A DNA stretch of 64,000 bases from Somniosus microcephalus (Eukaryota): assembly GCA_052327205.1 (NCBI GenBank), contig CM126213.1, positions 116,994,001-117,058,000 on the forward strand, written 5' to 3'. Below, in pieces: positions 50,501-64,000 of this stretch. Position numbers and translations under genes: made by a program. Positions within the stretch are counted from its first letter, which is position 1, and every line of letters starts with the position of its first letter. The notes beneath the pieces are model-generated. The model was not told the origin of the DNA. It made no database searches and saw only the letters and a list, made by a program, of their open reading frames with translations.

Positions 50501-53500
50501 AAATCCCTTTCGATATTTACAGTCATTGGAAAAATGACAGTACCTTTTTGGCAACGTAAGCTCAGAGTTGTGCTAGATTTTCTTTCAGGCAAACTTAACC
50601 CGATCGTTTAAAAGAAAGATATTGGGGACTGGGGGTGGGGTGGGGTGGGCGCTGTGTGGAGTGGGGGATGGCTGGCACCATTCTTACTCGCCAACTGTTT
50701 GGGTAAACTAGTCCTCTATGCACTGCTGTGCAAAAAAATTGGTAGTGCTGGCATGACAACTTGCTGGAAACAGCATTGTACCATCGCTTAAACATTCACA
50801 GAGCACAAAACAATTGACAAAAACTATTTTCTGTGATTCAGAGCTAAGAGGGTATAAATGCCATGCGATTGCTGCTCCTATTCACCCTTATAAAATATAG
50901 CTGTAATACATTTATGTAATAATGGCTGATCTGGAGGATTTCAAATAAATGTAACTGGATTCAAAACTGTAGTTTCGAGAATAGATTTGTAAGACTTGCT
51001 GTAAAGAAAAGTTCTGTTTTATATCTGATTAAAAAATTGTTAGTTATTGCAATCCTGGAAGGGTTAATACCCCCATCTCATAGCTTCATTACTTCATGTG
51101 AGAAAACAGGACAAAGACAACAGATGGCAGACAGTGTTGACTTCTGTCCTTTCCATTGTACAAAAAAGGCTGCAGAGAACCTTGTTTGATAAAAGCAGAG
51201 GCTTTGGTGGCCTTCGCCATAATTATCTGATAGCTCTGTGACTGATGAGCTCTGGAACATTTAGTTTTCTATAGACACGGTCTGTGACAAGTGAACTGTC
51301 CCTAGGTTGCTATGGGTGACCAAAGTGCTGACATCGAGTCCCTACAGCAAACAAGCACATGACAAATGAGGCTAGGAGCCTCAATCAGTTCTGAATCTAG
51401 GTGACCCCCAGTCCCACTAGACAAAAAAAAACTGTCCAAAGGACCAGAATGGGTTAAACTGAGACCATAAATTTAATTCAAAACTTAAAAGAACATTGGA
51501 ATCTGTATAAAAAACATACGTTAAGAATAACTCAAAATACTGCTGCTTTTTACGATCTGGACCAGAAGGTAATATCTAGTAAATAATTCTGTTTTTATAT
51601 TTTGTTTTTCTTCATTGAAAGCCTGATAACAGTGCAAAACATAATTTTGGCAATTATTAATGCAAACAATAAGCAGATGTGTTCCAGCTATACAGGCTAC
51701 AGCAGCTCTGCCAGTTGAGCTGCAGTCCACTCTCCTGCAACAAGGCAGAATGTAAAAGAGGCCCTGCTGAACTATTGCTGGAAATGGGGCAGCCTGACAA
51801 ACAGGGTGTGCTAAAGCCTATGTCCATGCTATAATGGGTGGACTAGTCTTTGTGTCAAGCAAACATCCTCTCCTAGGATAAGATTGCCTGTAGCCATGTG
51901 TAACATGGTTAACTGTTAGCCTAACAGCTCAAAGGCCATGTGTGTTGCATCAAACTTAATGATAATTTTCATCACCATAGTGTTGCCACGGTGACAGAAA
52001 TGGAATTGTGCCAATGACTAAAATTTGTCATAATTAAAGTTCACAAACTGTCAATTATTTTTCTCTTTCAGAATTATATTTTGCATCCCAGTGATCTTCC
52101 AACTTACCTCCACTCCTGCAGTTTTATTCTGGTTGGGATAGCTGGCAAATGAAATGAGCAATTGTATCTTGAACTTAAACTTAAACTTTTAGCTTTGCAC
52201 AAAAGATTAATTTCAAGCATCTGATTGTAGTATTTCATTTGAGGAGATTTTTTTAAATCTGGAAAAGGTAACAATTTTACCCCATCAAAGCCTGTCACAT
52301 TCTAATGGAGGCCTGAAAGCCTCTACACTGAAATAAGAGCCACCTCAATGTGTTTGTTGTAGCAAAGATAAGGACATCTCTCTGAAAATTGATGTGAGCA
52401 TTTATGGGGGGAGGTCTTTGTGCCTGAGCACTTCCTGTTTTCATTCTGTGATCAAATATGTTCTTTGCAGAGCATACAGGAGAGTCCTTGAGAGCAAAGG
52501 CAAAGGAAGCCGAGGGGCTAATTGAGTGGTCTGAGGGCTTCTCAATATATCTAGTTTAAGGATCCTTCCTTTTCAGTCAATGAAAATCAGTCTTGGGTCA
52601 GGCTCAGCAAGATATCTTAACTGCTTGGCTTTGAGTATTTTGTTTAAACTAAGTCAAATCAATAGGAGCTTGTTGTTTAACTCAATGGTAATGTTGCTGG
52701 GCAAAATCGAAAAAGAATGCACCAGCTTCGATGATGTTTAATTCTGATTTCATTGGCATAGCACAACTACAAGGGAATGCAAGTGTAAAATTCCAGCGTC
52801 TCCAAGTGTCCTGCATCTGGCATGTGTGTTAAGCATTGCTACGTGGCGCACTCTATTCACATAATAGGGCAAAACTCAAGTCTCATGCATTTCAATGTTT
52901 AGAATTCGGAAACCCTAATAGTTAAATATCTGCATGTTAAAAAAACACCTTCCATATATCACTACCCCTCCCCCACCACATTATGAGCTGCAACACTAAA
53001 AATTTTCTTCACAGTAACAAAAAAATCTATAAAAATGAACACAACCAATGACAAGTGGAAACTATACTTTACTTTTTCCCCCCTTTGCTGCATTAAACTA
53101 ACTGCTGGGAATTGTTGTGGCTGGCCTTTGTTGTTTTTGTCCCTCAGAGTTGTTCAGAGGAGGTGACAATGGCTCAGAGTTGAGAACATATGTAGAAAGA
53201 CCCCTGCGGTTGATGGAAAAGTTGCTCCATGCTGCTTGGTTGTTTGAAAAAAAACAACCAATGTTCCTTTCTTCCGACAAAGCTAATGAATGCATGAATG
53301 CTAGAATGCAGCAATGACCCATTCAGAAGGAAAGTCTTAGGACCCTCCCTGCAAGAGCACATCCTGCGATAGTGAAATACATTTGCTTAACAAATTAAAT
53401 TAATGAGATAATTCAATTAGTCTTTTTGATGTGAAAAACAATACTGCTTAAAGAAGGGATTACTGTAGTACAAGAACAGTTTGGCCTTCACAAAGAGTGG

Positions 53501-53830
53501 AGCAAAAAAAAGCTTTAAAATAATGTATTAAAAAATGGAAGGACAATGAAGAGAACTTGCATTGAATTCTACAGTGGTTTTAGTTGTATACTTGTTTGTA
53601 TTAGCACAGCCAGATGGGAAAATTCTCACATTACTTCAGTCATAGGGAAACGTAATTGTTCGTCAATAAACTGGGAAATGTCAAGGCTGAGTAGGAGCCA
53701 AACAAAGTGAAACTTTTGACTTGCGTGTGGAAGGAGTGCTCTGGTGGGTGCTTCTGCCAAGGTTTTTTTTACACTAAAACAGCCATGCCCTGCAGGACAG
53801 GGGGAAAAAACTCCCAGCAGCTTCTCCAGC

Positions 53831-54122
53831 NNNNNNNNNNNNNNNNNNNNNNNNNNNNNNNNNNNNNNNNNNNNNNNNNNNNNNNNNNNNNNNNNNNNNN
53901 NNNNNNNNNNNNNNNNNNNNNNNNNNNNNNNNNNNNNNNNNNNNNNNNNNNNNNNNNNNNNNNNNNNNNNNNNNNNNNNNNNNNNNNNNNNNNNNNNNNN
54001 NNNNNNNNNNNNNNNNNNNNNNNNNNNNNNNNNNNNNNNNNNNNNNNNNNNNNNNNNNNNNNNNNNNNNNNNNNNNNNNNNNNNNNNNNNNNNNNNNNNN
54101 NNNNNNNNNNNNNNNNNNNNNN
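53831..54122. other. Assembly gap
   Basis: Run of 292 N. Confidence 1.
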
Positions 54123-55177
54123 CATGTTCTGTCTAATTCCTCTGTGCAAACGGGCACAGGGCACCTGACCTCCAAAAAGGCCATAGCTGCAAGGCAGAAT
54201 ACCCACTGCTTCAACAGAGCAGTGACCATTCTGGTTAATCCTGACCCCTAAGCCACAATCAATATACCTTCATTTACTAATAATGTCTTTACATCAAAGT
54301 GACAGTTAAGAAATGGGGATCCAATATTCACCTTTCTTTCACTATCTTTCTGACTTAAGTTTTAGAAGTTCCAAGCATCGATAAGACTTTTAAAAGGTCT
54401 GAATCATATTGTAACTGTCATTGAAACCAGAAAGCATTTTTACTCTTTTAAAGAGTTGTGACTCTGGCTTGGTCAGTACGTGTGTTGAAATAGGTTTGAA
54501 CTCAGAACCTTTCAGGTGAAGGAGTTACTTGTTCCCTCCTTTCAAAAGTTCTCCTGAAAGAACAAACATTTGTAAAGGGGAAGTGTACTGTGCTGAACTC
54601 TCACACAGTCCAGTGTTAACAAGGGGAATATCTGTAGGCCTATGAGTCTCTCCAATACTCTATTAGCTGGCTTTAGAACTGCTGATTAGAGGCAGCTCCG
54701 AAGCGTGCATTTTAGTGTATACCTGCCCCTCATGTGATGTCATGACTATCCACTCCAGTGACATTATGAATGGAGAATACTGTCAATAATCCAATCTACC
54801 CAAATCCATGATGCTACTGGATTGTTTCTTCTTCACGTCATGTGAGGGGGAGTTCCACACAATGTCTGTTCTTAGACTGTTTCTAATCAACAGTGCTAAA
54901 GCATAAAACAGGACAACAAGAGGCGAGTGAGACATAGTTACCTCCCTTTCGATTATGGGGCAATTAGTAGAAAATACAGTTGATTAAGATTTGTACACAA
55001 GACAATTAGTAAGGAAATAAATGTCTTAGAGAAGAAATTTAATTCAACAATGATGCACATCAGTACATCTACATACACAGCACTTGGCTTTACTGGACAG
55101 TAAAACCAATGCCTGCTTTAAGTCATCGTGGAATCAGCAGGTGGATAAAGTACAAAGTTGTGTACTAAAGAGATAAT

Positions 55178-55968
55178 GGCTCCAATACTTACGGGGAAGA
55201 AGGGAGGGTGCGGTGGAAGGGCGAAAACAACCTGGGTACGTGTCCAGGCTGGGGCACGGAGGTCCTGATGAATTTAACGGCAGGACCTTGTTCTAATTTT
55301 TTTCTTCTTTCTCCCACCCGGCAGCCAGCTGAAGTGACAGGCTGACTGGCTGCTGGGCAGGAAACTCAGTGGCAGGAGGTCACAGCTGGGGACACTTAGG
55401 GACAGTCCCCAACAACTGGCAGAGGGGAAGGGCTGAGATATGGGTTTGGGGGAGTGGAGGGTGGCGGGGGTGGGGGGGGGGGAAAGAGAGTGGCAATCGG
55501 GAGAGAAGAAGGCCGGAGATTGGGGCCTGGGAGAGGTGGGGAGAGAGAAGGATCGGGAGAGGGAGAAGACCAGAGATTGGGGCCGGGCCGGGGGGAGGCC
55601 ACAATGGCTGAAGGCTTCCTCGCGGGGCCAGGGAAAGCACTCCTGCTGTAAAAGGCACTTACCTTCTTCAGCCAGCAGCTCCCGCCTCTCTTTTACTGCC
55701 AGGTTTCCCGAGCCCTGGGAAACCTGCGCAACTACTGTTAAATTTAAATCAGGCTCCAAATTCCCAATGTGGGAGACTGATTTAAATATGTTGATGAAGT
55801 GCCCCACCTCTTCACGGCGTGACACTTGGATGCTGTGAAACCAGACGCCATAAAAAAGGCGGCAGGGGCATAGGCGGCGGGTTGAGGGTGCGTTCCCCGT
55901 TTTCACATTTTTAACAGCCCCCCACCCCGACACATTCCCGCCCAACTTGGTGGATTAATATCGAGGCC
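55178..55968. mobile_element. GC-rich MITE, Harbinger-like (791 bp)
   Basis: Imperfect TIRs GGCTCCAATACTTA / TTAATATCGAGGCC, 3-bp TSD aat, internal purine-rich repeats. Confidence 0.7.
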
Positions 55969-56160
55969 AATACCGCTGTAATAAAGTATTTACGTGTAAT
56001 ACAGACATTACCAGAAATTGCTTAAACATTTTGTTATTTTCTTCCCCCTTTTACAGCCTCCCTGCACTTCACACCATTTCCCAACTCACGTGGTGCTCAG
56101 GTGACCCGTTCCCGGGCCTCTGCCAATCCAGCTATTACACCAATGTGTGTACAAGGAAAG

Positions 56161-56760
56161 GGGGTAGAAATTGGACCTTGTTGCACCCGTAAATTTGGGG
56201 ACCAAGGGCCCCAAGGCTGCCTGACAGATGTTCAACCTGATATTGGGTCGGGCCATTTTTCAGGTGCCGGGGGTGGGGGGCTACATAAAACAGCCATTTG
56301 ACCCCTTGCACACACCAATGAGGGGCCTAATGTCTGTTTCAGGACCCCTCTGGGAAATTGGGCTGCTCTAAAGTGGAGCAGCTGCCGGGCCATCTCTGCT
56401 CAGATTTTCCTGGTGTGGATGTGGCCTAGCAAGTGGTCCCCACCAAAAAGGTAAGTACATTTTTGAAAAATTTGATGTAGAACCAAGAGGAGCAGGACTG
56501 CTCCTCGCGGCTCCACAGCACTCCCAAGGACCACTGCCGACCTGCGATCTCCTCAGGACTTATCTGAGGGCTGCTGCCCAAAATAAACCCGTTCGCAATG
56601 GGTGAGCTGTCTCTGGAGCCGGAAGTACTGGCAACTCACCCGAATTATTGAAAGGTAGTCAGAGGCCCAATTTCTGGTGAGCCTCTGGCTTCCCGGTTGG
56701 GGCGCTCGCCGTCTGTGTTGGTTATGTGCCCATAAACAGGCCGCGGCCCATTTCTACCCC
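56161..56760. mobile_element. MITE, Harbinger-like (600 bp)
   Basis: TIRs GGGGTAGAAAT / ATTTCTACCCC with exact 3-bp TSD aag. Confidence 0.88.
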
Positions 56761-56955
56761 AAGGTTACTTTTTTCCCTCACTTTGGGGGAACACCTCTCT
56801 TCTGCTTGTCTCTTTTTCTAAATGGCCTGGTTGACAGTGGGAGCTTATTGTGTGCCTATCACTGGAAGGCCTTAAGGTTATATTTTGATAGAGTAAAATA
56901 GCTGGAACTTAAGTGTCAGAATTCAGATTTCATTTTCCCACCTGGAAAAGACAGT

Positions 56956-57119
56956 GGGGTAAATCTTGACTTTGTGCGATAGTGTAAAATGGGTGACAAT
57001 GAGTCGGCAGCCTGTTACACATCTCTCTCAATTTTTATTTCCATTGACTTCAATGTAAAAGAGGCTGCCTTCTCCCTACCACCTATTTTACACTATCACG
57101 CAAAGTCAAGAGCTACCCC
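56956..57119. mobile_element. Short palindromic MITE (164 bp)
   Basis: ~40-bp TIRs ggggtaaatcttgactttgtgcgatagtgtaaaatgggtg / cacctattttacactatcacgcaaagtcaagagctacccc; flanks agt/agc. Confidence 0.88.
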
Positions 57120-57699
57120 AGCCTGTCTGCTGGTCTTTTTTCCCTCTGTTAAGTCACACCTGTACCTTGCATTTACACCCATAAGAAGAAATAAAGACAA
57201 TATAGAAGGCTGCTACAAATCTGTGTCTGCGTCCTGCTATCAGAATCAATTTGCTTTTCATCTCTGTTCTTGTAGTTTCTTATTATAAATCTATGAATCC
57301 CTTGTAAAATCTCCCATACAAAATACGGACAAATTGCAGCCGGTGTTTAAAATGAAGGGTTGCATTCAGGGAGCAAAAAAAAGGGTAATATTCGCTGCTA
57401 AAACAAGTGCAAGTTTCTGCCTTGATAGTACAATGCTGTACCTACATGACACCGTCATTAGTGCACAAGCATACTGTGCCTGGAGACCATCTCAATGGAA
57501 GTATTTTACTTCACACCAACTGTGTAACAGTAAAATCTTGCCGGTACAGGTTGTTGTGGATTTTATTGCAGTAACGGCATCATGTGATTTCATTAACTGT
57601 ATGCATGCTGATACTTTAAATATAAATTCTAAAATTTTGCACAAATACAATCTAGACTGACCGATGCAGTAAAACTTTTTCCCTCTTTCCCTTCTTTTT

Positions 57700-58128
57700 T
57701 TCTCTCTCCTGAAACTGTGACTCATTGCTAGAGTTTGGCATCGACGTCACTGGCAGTCCCCCCAGTACCTCATCCAAACTGGCCGTTCTTCATATGTGTG
57801 AAGTGACTATTCTACTGGGGGGGGGGGGGGGGGGGAGGGGAAGGGAAAGCGAGGGAAATCGCAGCTGATTCTGTCCTCACTGAACGTCTCCACATGTGCA
57901 CTATCCAGCAGGGGTTACTGGATCAGTAATCAGGAGAGGAATCCCTGGCATGTTTCTCCCTCCCCACGAAAGCCTGAGGATGCTGAAGTCAATTGCAGTG
58001 CCCTGAATACCAGCCTGGCTGAGATAAAACAAACCCAGTACAGCCCACCGGTTAAACCTGGGACCTTCCTGGTCATTGCAGCTCAGAGCCACAAGCACAA
58101 AGTGTATTAACCCACTCAGCTATTAGGA
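57700..58128 (-). mobile_element. tRNA-type SINE, near full length (same family as 9375 and 23389)
   Basis: Minus strand tagctgagtggg..gaccaggaaggtcccaggttt..gcactgcaattgacttcagc..tccagtaacccctgctgga..atgaagaacggccagtttgg. Confidence 0.7.
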
Positions 58129-60508
58129 TTCTCTATTTTATCATTCTTTAACAACCGCACAAATATTTGTACGTTTATCATGAATTATTCAGTGCAATTG
58201 TTTGAATGCAAAGACACCACATTCAGTGTCATTTAGTGGGAAACAATCACATCAAAGGTTAGATCTTACATTTTTAGGGGCTCAGCTCTAAGAATCCGCA
58301 GATAAGACACATTTATGTACGTTTCCCCCTACATTCCATATAACTGGAGAAGCTATTTTATTAACTCTGCCCAACAAGTTACTGGTCGTATTCACTAGCT
58401 TATTAATATTTTTAATAATTCACTACAATTTGATAATGTAACCTATAGCTTTGCATAAAAGTCTGTTGCCCAAACAATGACAAAATACGCTTAATTTTGC
58501 AGGTGGAAAATACTGTTGGCAAAGTTCGGTTGCTGTAGGAATGAAATATTTTTTTTTGATTAAAGGTATTCAGGTGATGACAGGAGCTGCACACTTCAGC
58601 GCACATGCTGTTACAAAGGAAGCAGCTGCTTCCCAGCTGTAGGACTGGACCCACATACTGTACAAAGCATCCCCGAGCTTAAAGTGCACACAAAGAAATT
58701 GCAGCGGCTCAACAAATGCATCTTAGTTTGCATTAAAACCTATCTTTGTGGCTAAACAAATGAGTTGAAACTGTGGGTTATCAGATGGGAACAATTTTTA
58801 AAATATATAAATGTTAAATCTTTATTGTGATTTCAGCAGGAAAGCTTTTTTTTTGGTTAACCCCTTAAGAGCCACTCATAAGTATATTTAACAAAATTAA
58901 TTTGCGATTTTCAAAAACACACCTTATAAATGTTTGGAAACTGAAACTTTTTGAATGTATTCACAGCAAAAACTAAATAACTAAACTTTTAACGCAAAGA
59001 ATAAATAACAATGTTACTCCCAGCTAATTGGGAACAGTAGTTTTCTGCAGAAGACACAATCCTTCAACAAAGAAAGATATCCACAACCTATGTATACACA
59101 TTATTACTGCACAGTACCCACTTATTTATGCCAACTGATTCTTTCACATGCAGAACTTTCATGTTGTCTTCCCATTTAATATATTTGTCCCTTTTAAAGA
59201 TTGTTTTGTGCCACATTTCCTCTTTGAGCTGGGGAAGTGGAATGAACGTTACATATCTATGAATCAACTCTTGAAAAGCATTTCCATAAATGTCCAGCAA
59301 GAGTTCCAAATTGAGCAGGGCATGTTGGACAGAGTCAGTTTGTTCCTCCTCCTCCGCCCACTTGCTGCATTTACTTTGTCGTGTCACCAAGCAAAGAATT
59401 GATGGAACTCACCTGACTGAGGCAACTGCATCTTAGTTACAGGTGGAACTTCAACTTGTGACATAGTAAAGTAAGGGCCCTGAAAGTCCAGAGGCCGAAT
59501 CCTGCGTAAGTGTCAGAATGCACCTGCACGGTACCTCTGAAACTGACCTGATAGGAATACGTGGGGTCGGGTGGAGATCCTTAATTAAAATATCAATAGC
59601 CGGCACCCACAATACTATAGCACCTCTTGTCCAACACCCCACCCCCCCACCACCCCCTCAGCCCCAGCCTCCTCCTCTAATGTGGATGGCCTCGTTTGGG
59701 GCAGAAACTGGTGGGCAAGGCCCAGGGACTGGCATGTCCAGGTCCCAGTTAATTTCTGGCTCTTTTGCCGCACTCCCGCTGGATTTACCAATATATTCAT
59801 TTGAATTTGTCATTAAAAAAATTAATTTCTCTGCTTTTAAAACAGAAAATTAAAATCCTTAAGATTATCTTATGTTCAGAGTCTTGTTACTTGGAAAATG
59901 CCTGTGGACAACCTAAAACACAGTCCCTCACTGTCTCCAACCTGGGATAAAAATTTAATCTGGACTGGCAGGTAATATCTCCACTTCCCCATTGGCTTGA
60001 CTGACATAACTCAGCTTAACATCTGAGATTCTCCTATCACAATGGGTACAGTTAATGACCCTGTAAATGTATAATGAAATCACCAGAAAGCCTGTTTTAA
60101 TGGGTTAACAGAATTGAAACAGAAATTAGCATCATTCACATTTAAACTGTACATCTATAGTTAGTAATAAAAGCAATGACTTGGAGACTTGATATATACA
60201 GCACGTGGTCAGAAAGTGCATTTCTGGCGCTCTCGTTCAGAAACATGCTCGCTAATGAAGTGATTTCTTAATAGTTCCTCAAAATACCAGACCAGAAACA
60301 ATATTAAACAATGTAAAAAGTGTTTCACATTCTTTCTTATGCTCTTGTGAATTTTGTCATCTACAAGAGAATGTTTAGCAAGGCTTGGTATTTCATATAT
60401 ATGTTGTCGTGCACAATTATACTTTAATGAGTTGAACATCTACAGAAAATGGAGCCCAGTGCTCATAGATTAAAGAAACAACTTCTCTTGAACTTTAGAT
60501 GCCATCTA

Positions 60509-60832
<324 letters not shown>

Positions 60833-63800
60833 TTAAAAATACTGAGTTGTTATGTGAATAATCTTTAATGCAAGGCACCATGTCTCCCAATCCTGTTTTG
60901 ATAAACTTCACATGAACACGCATGTATCATTAATTCAATTATTGCTATGCTTCTGACAGAGAGAAGTAGCCCTCTGTCAACTAAATTTATAGATGGTTTA
61001 AAAGCTGCAATGATAATTTTGTTTTGATCTCATTTTGCTCCCTAAATATATGGGATGGCTTATGTGCAGATTTTCTAACTAAAACTATATGACTACTTAA
61101 AAGCAAAGAAAAAAATCTGAAAATTACTGAGATTTTGCATAAGGTGTAAGTAACTATGTCATGGCTCGTTGCACAGAGCAGACCACAGTTCATCATCGCA
61201 CCCCTCCCCCCCCCCATTGTATTTGCATGGGATGACACCCTCTGTCTCCCTGCATCACTACTTCCGACTCTCATATTTAAGAGAATTAGGTACATATCAA
61301 GGCAGGGTGCATTCTTTAAATCAGGAGTTACCTCTATCCACTCTCACCACTGTTCTGCCTTTCCTTGCATTAATTGTGCATTAGCAAAAATCATTTACTT
61401 TTAACAGTCATAGTTATTTTTCTTTACCCTCAGGCAAAAATGCCTTGAAAGCCTGCCTAGAGGGCATCTAAATTATGTATCTAAAAAAACTCTGCACCAA
61501 GGCAATCCTGGACTCGTACTTTCGTAAAATTCATACGTGCTTGTCCTCCTGTTTTTGAGAGGCATCAATCAGAGCACCTATATATACCATATTTCCCCAT
61601 TAATATTTGAACCAATAACATTAAAAAGAAAGAAGAAAGAAGGGACCCAAAGTATAATCAAATGCAAAATAAATGAAGGATACTGAAACAGCATCAGGGT
61701 TTTTTTTTCATTCGACGGCTATGTTTTTTCTTGCACATCATTAGCCTAAAGCCACACGAAAGAAGAAAACAGAGAAGTGTAGAGTTTATGCTCCCTGCTG
61801 ATGTTTAAGAAGCCGAGGTCCTGGAAGGACATCTGGAAATTGCGCTGAGACTGTGGGTTTTGTAATTTAAGAATAGACATTCATTAGGAGTAAATGCCAT
61901 AAATCCCATGCTAAGTAAAAACCTTGTTCAGGAAAGCCTAAAACAATAAACTTAGGACTCAGCATAGCCAGAGCCGCATAGCTTCCTGAGGAATGCTACA
62001 AACGTAGTAGCTAATTCTACTACTGTCTTCTAGTTATATGATTACCAGGGTTGGTGGCACTGAACGCTTACATTAAATAAGGACCCTTTCCTCGGCAACT
62101 TTTACGCAAGTTAACAATTTTTTTTTACCTCTCCGGCCACAGAAGCTGAAAAAACCCACAGCAAAGAGTTGGCAGATTAATTTTATTGACGTTTCCATTT
62201 TCACTGCAATGTGATACCCTCCATCACGTCGAAGAGGCGACCCCAGTATTTACAGACTGACAAGCCACTTCATTACAGCCACCCAGCCCCAAGGCAGTGC
62301 AGCTCCCTCCATCTGCACAAATGTCAGTGCACAACCCTTCATCTACCACTAACTTTTGCTACTTCTCCGCGAACGTGAATCATGACGGCGAGCCAAAAAG
62401 GTGGAAATAATCATAAAAATGATGCTGGACCAGAAACATTCACAGAGCCTCATTACAATTGCCAAGCACAGAGGGCTGGTGATTTACACCCCTCTTCCAC
62501 GATGCCAGGAAGGAATGCTGCAGGGCAAATTTTCCCAAATGCTAATGGCTTCTGACTGTTCCTTGGCAACTATGGCATTTTAACCTGTGCGGATGTACAC
62601 TCCAAAACAGAAACTGGAAATGTCTTATCATCTGTCCATGTGACACAGATGGAGAGTGGCTATTAGGAGTTGGGCACTGGGCCTTGGGGATCTGAGGTGC
62701 TGCGTTAGAGCCTACGGCGGTTTTGGAAAGCTGTGCCTGGGGAGAGGAAAATTCTACGCCTAAAAAAAAAAGCTGGCATCAGAAGTATGTGTGCATATTA
62801 GAAAATGAGATGGGGAAGAAAGGAAAACGAACTAATAAAAATAAGTATCGTTAGGATTTAGTATTTGCTAAAATCATTAGCTATCTCAACCTTTCTCTCA
62901 AATTAAACCTTTGTAATAAGGTATTAATCTTAAATTTAGTATCTGGTCTTTTAGCGGTGTGATAATTGTAAGATATGAGGCAGTTCACTGATTTATTTTG
63001 TAACATGATGTTTTTGCCTGTAAGATAATGTTAGTTTCTTGGCACGTTTCATTTACAACACTAGGGTTAAAATGTATCAAAGTGGTGTTGCATAAAATGC
63101 ATTACTTTCCTCTTAATTTGCCTGAAACAACCAATACCTGACCCACTAATTACTAGGCTCTCTTTCTATCCTGCTGTGCTGTATGCTCTTGTGTGTTAAA
63201 ATTGAATTTTAGTAAGATTTATTTTTAAGTGACCAGATATTCAGCAGGGCATGGCCTACTGCGCTGGAGTTCTGTATAACAGCTGCACTTTCTTTTGTTG
63301 CATGCAACATTTACGAACTGTGTGGGTTTTCCTATGTTAAAGAGGAGACAGTGACCCATGCCACCTTCTTTACACTCAAAGGAGCACTAAAAAACTCTCC
63401 TCATAGGCTTACCTCAGGCTTCTCTGGCCCAGAACAACCTCCCTCTCTCCCCAACCCCCCTCCGGGTAAAAGCAGAGAGAGAGAAAAAAAGAACGGATTT
63501 TATGCTCCTTTCTCCTCAACTTTTCAGGCGGTATAAGCAGCATTTAGCACATTCAACCCCCAAATGGCTTCAAATGCTCTGAGCTGCAGGGGCTCATCTT
63601 TTGTTAGCCTCCCTCTATTTACACAGGATTTACGCAGGGCTCTCCAGTGAAGAGACCACATGTTACTGACAGAAAGCGGCTTCATTCACAACACATCAGG
63701 CAACGGGGCTGTAGCCATTGCTGCTCCGTGCTTAGGCAGGATTAAGACTCCAGTAACACTGAACCTAAAGACTCTTGCTAAATGGTAAACAAAATGTACC

Positions 63801-64000
63801 GGCTACTACTTAAACCAAATTAGGCAGAGATAGATCATAATATAAACATGCGAGGGCTAAAAAAGTAGATTAAGGTATTACATCCGTCTTTAAGCTTCAC
63901 CTTCAGCTTCCAATGAAGCAATGCAGTACACCTCACCTACTTATTTATGCAAATTCCTTTCTGACCGTCTTTCCAGGGCATATTTATAGCTAGAAAGAGT

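Noticed and set aside
55274-55945. 223-aa ORF and overlapping ORFs
   Set aside because: Low-complexity interior of a MITE.

Overview
Vertebrate genomic DNA, most likely from a cartilaginous fish (inferred from the repeat content: CR1 and L2 LINEs, an HE1/V-SINE-like element and a Deu-domain SINE). The window holds the 3' half of the TALE homeobox gene MEIS2 on the minus strand, with exon numbers following the usual mammalian model. It includes three homeodomain exons (60566-60711, 39714-39790, 10968-11026), exon 11 with two alternative acceptors (with or without GFLLDPS), the cassette stop exon 12a, the terminal exon and a ~1.1 kb 3'UTR. The introns contain nested LINEs, SINEs, Harbinger-like MITEs, a solo LTR, a Helitron-like element and many candidate enhancers. 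There are two N gaps (38748-38982, 53831-54122). The most notable observation is that exon 10 ends in a weak GC donor. Its read-through encodes a 29-aa alternative C-terminus (GKSQVVSVFKPRRHKSTSSYSSGVPSPGK*) whose stop codon overlaps an AATAAA, and it closely resembles the MEIS1 intron-10 read-through tail as I recall it. Other highlights are a CpG-retaining domain just downstream of the gene, a fold-back inverted duplication interrupted by a promoter-bearing Helitron, and RBFOX/MBNL motifs around exon 12a. All coordinates were read by hand and no searches were run.
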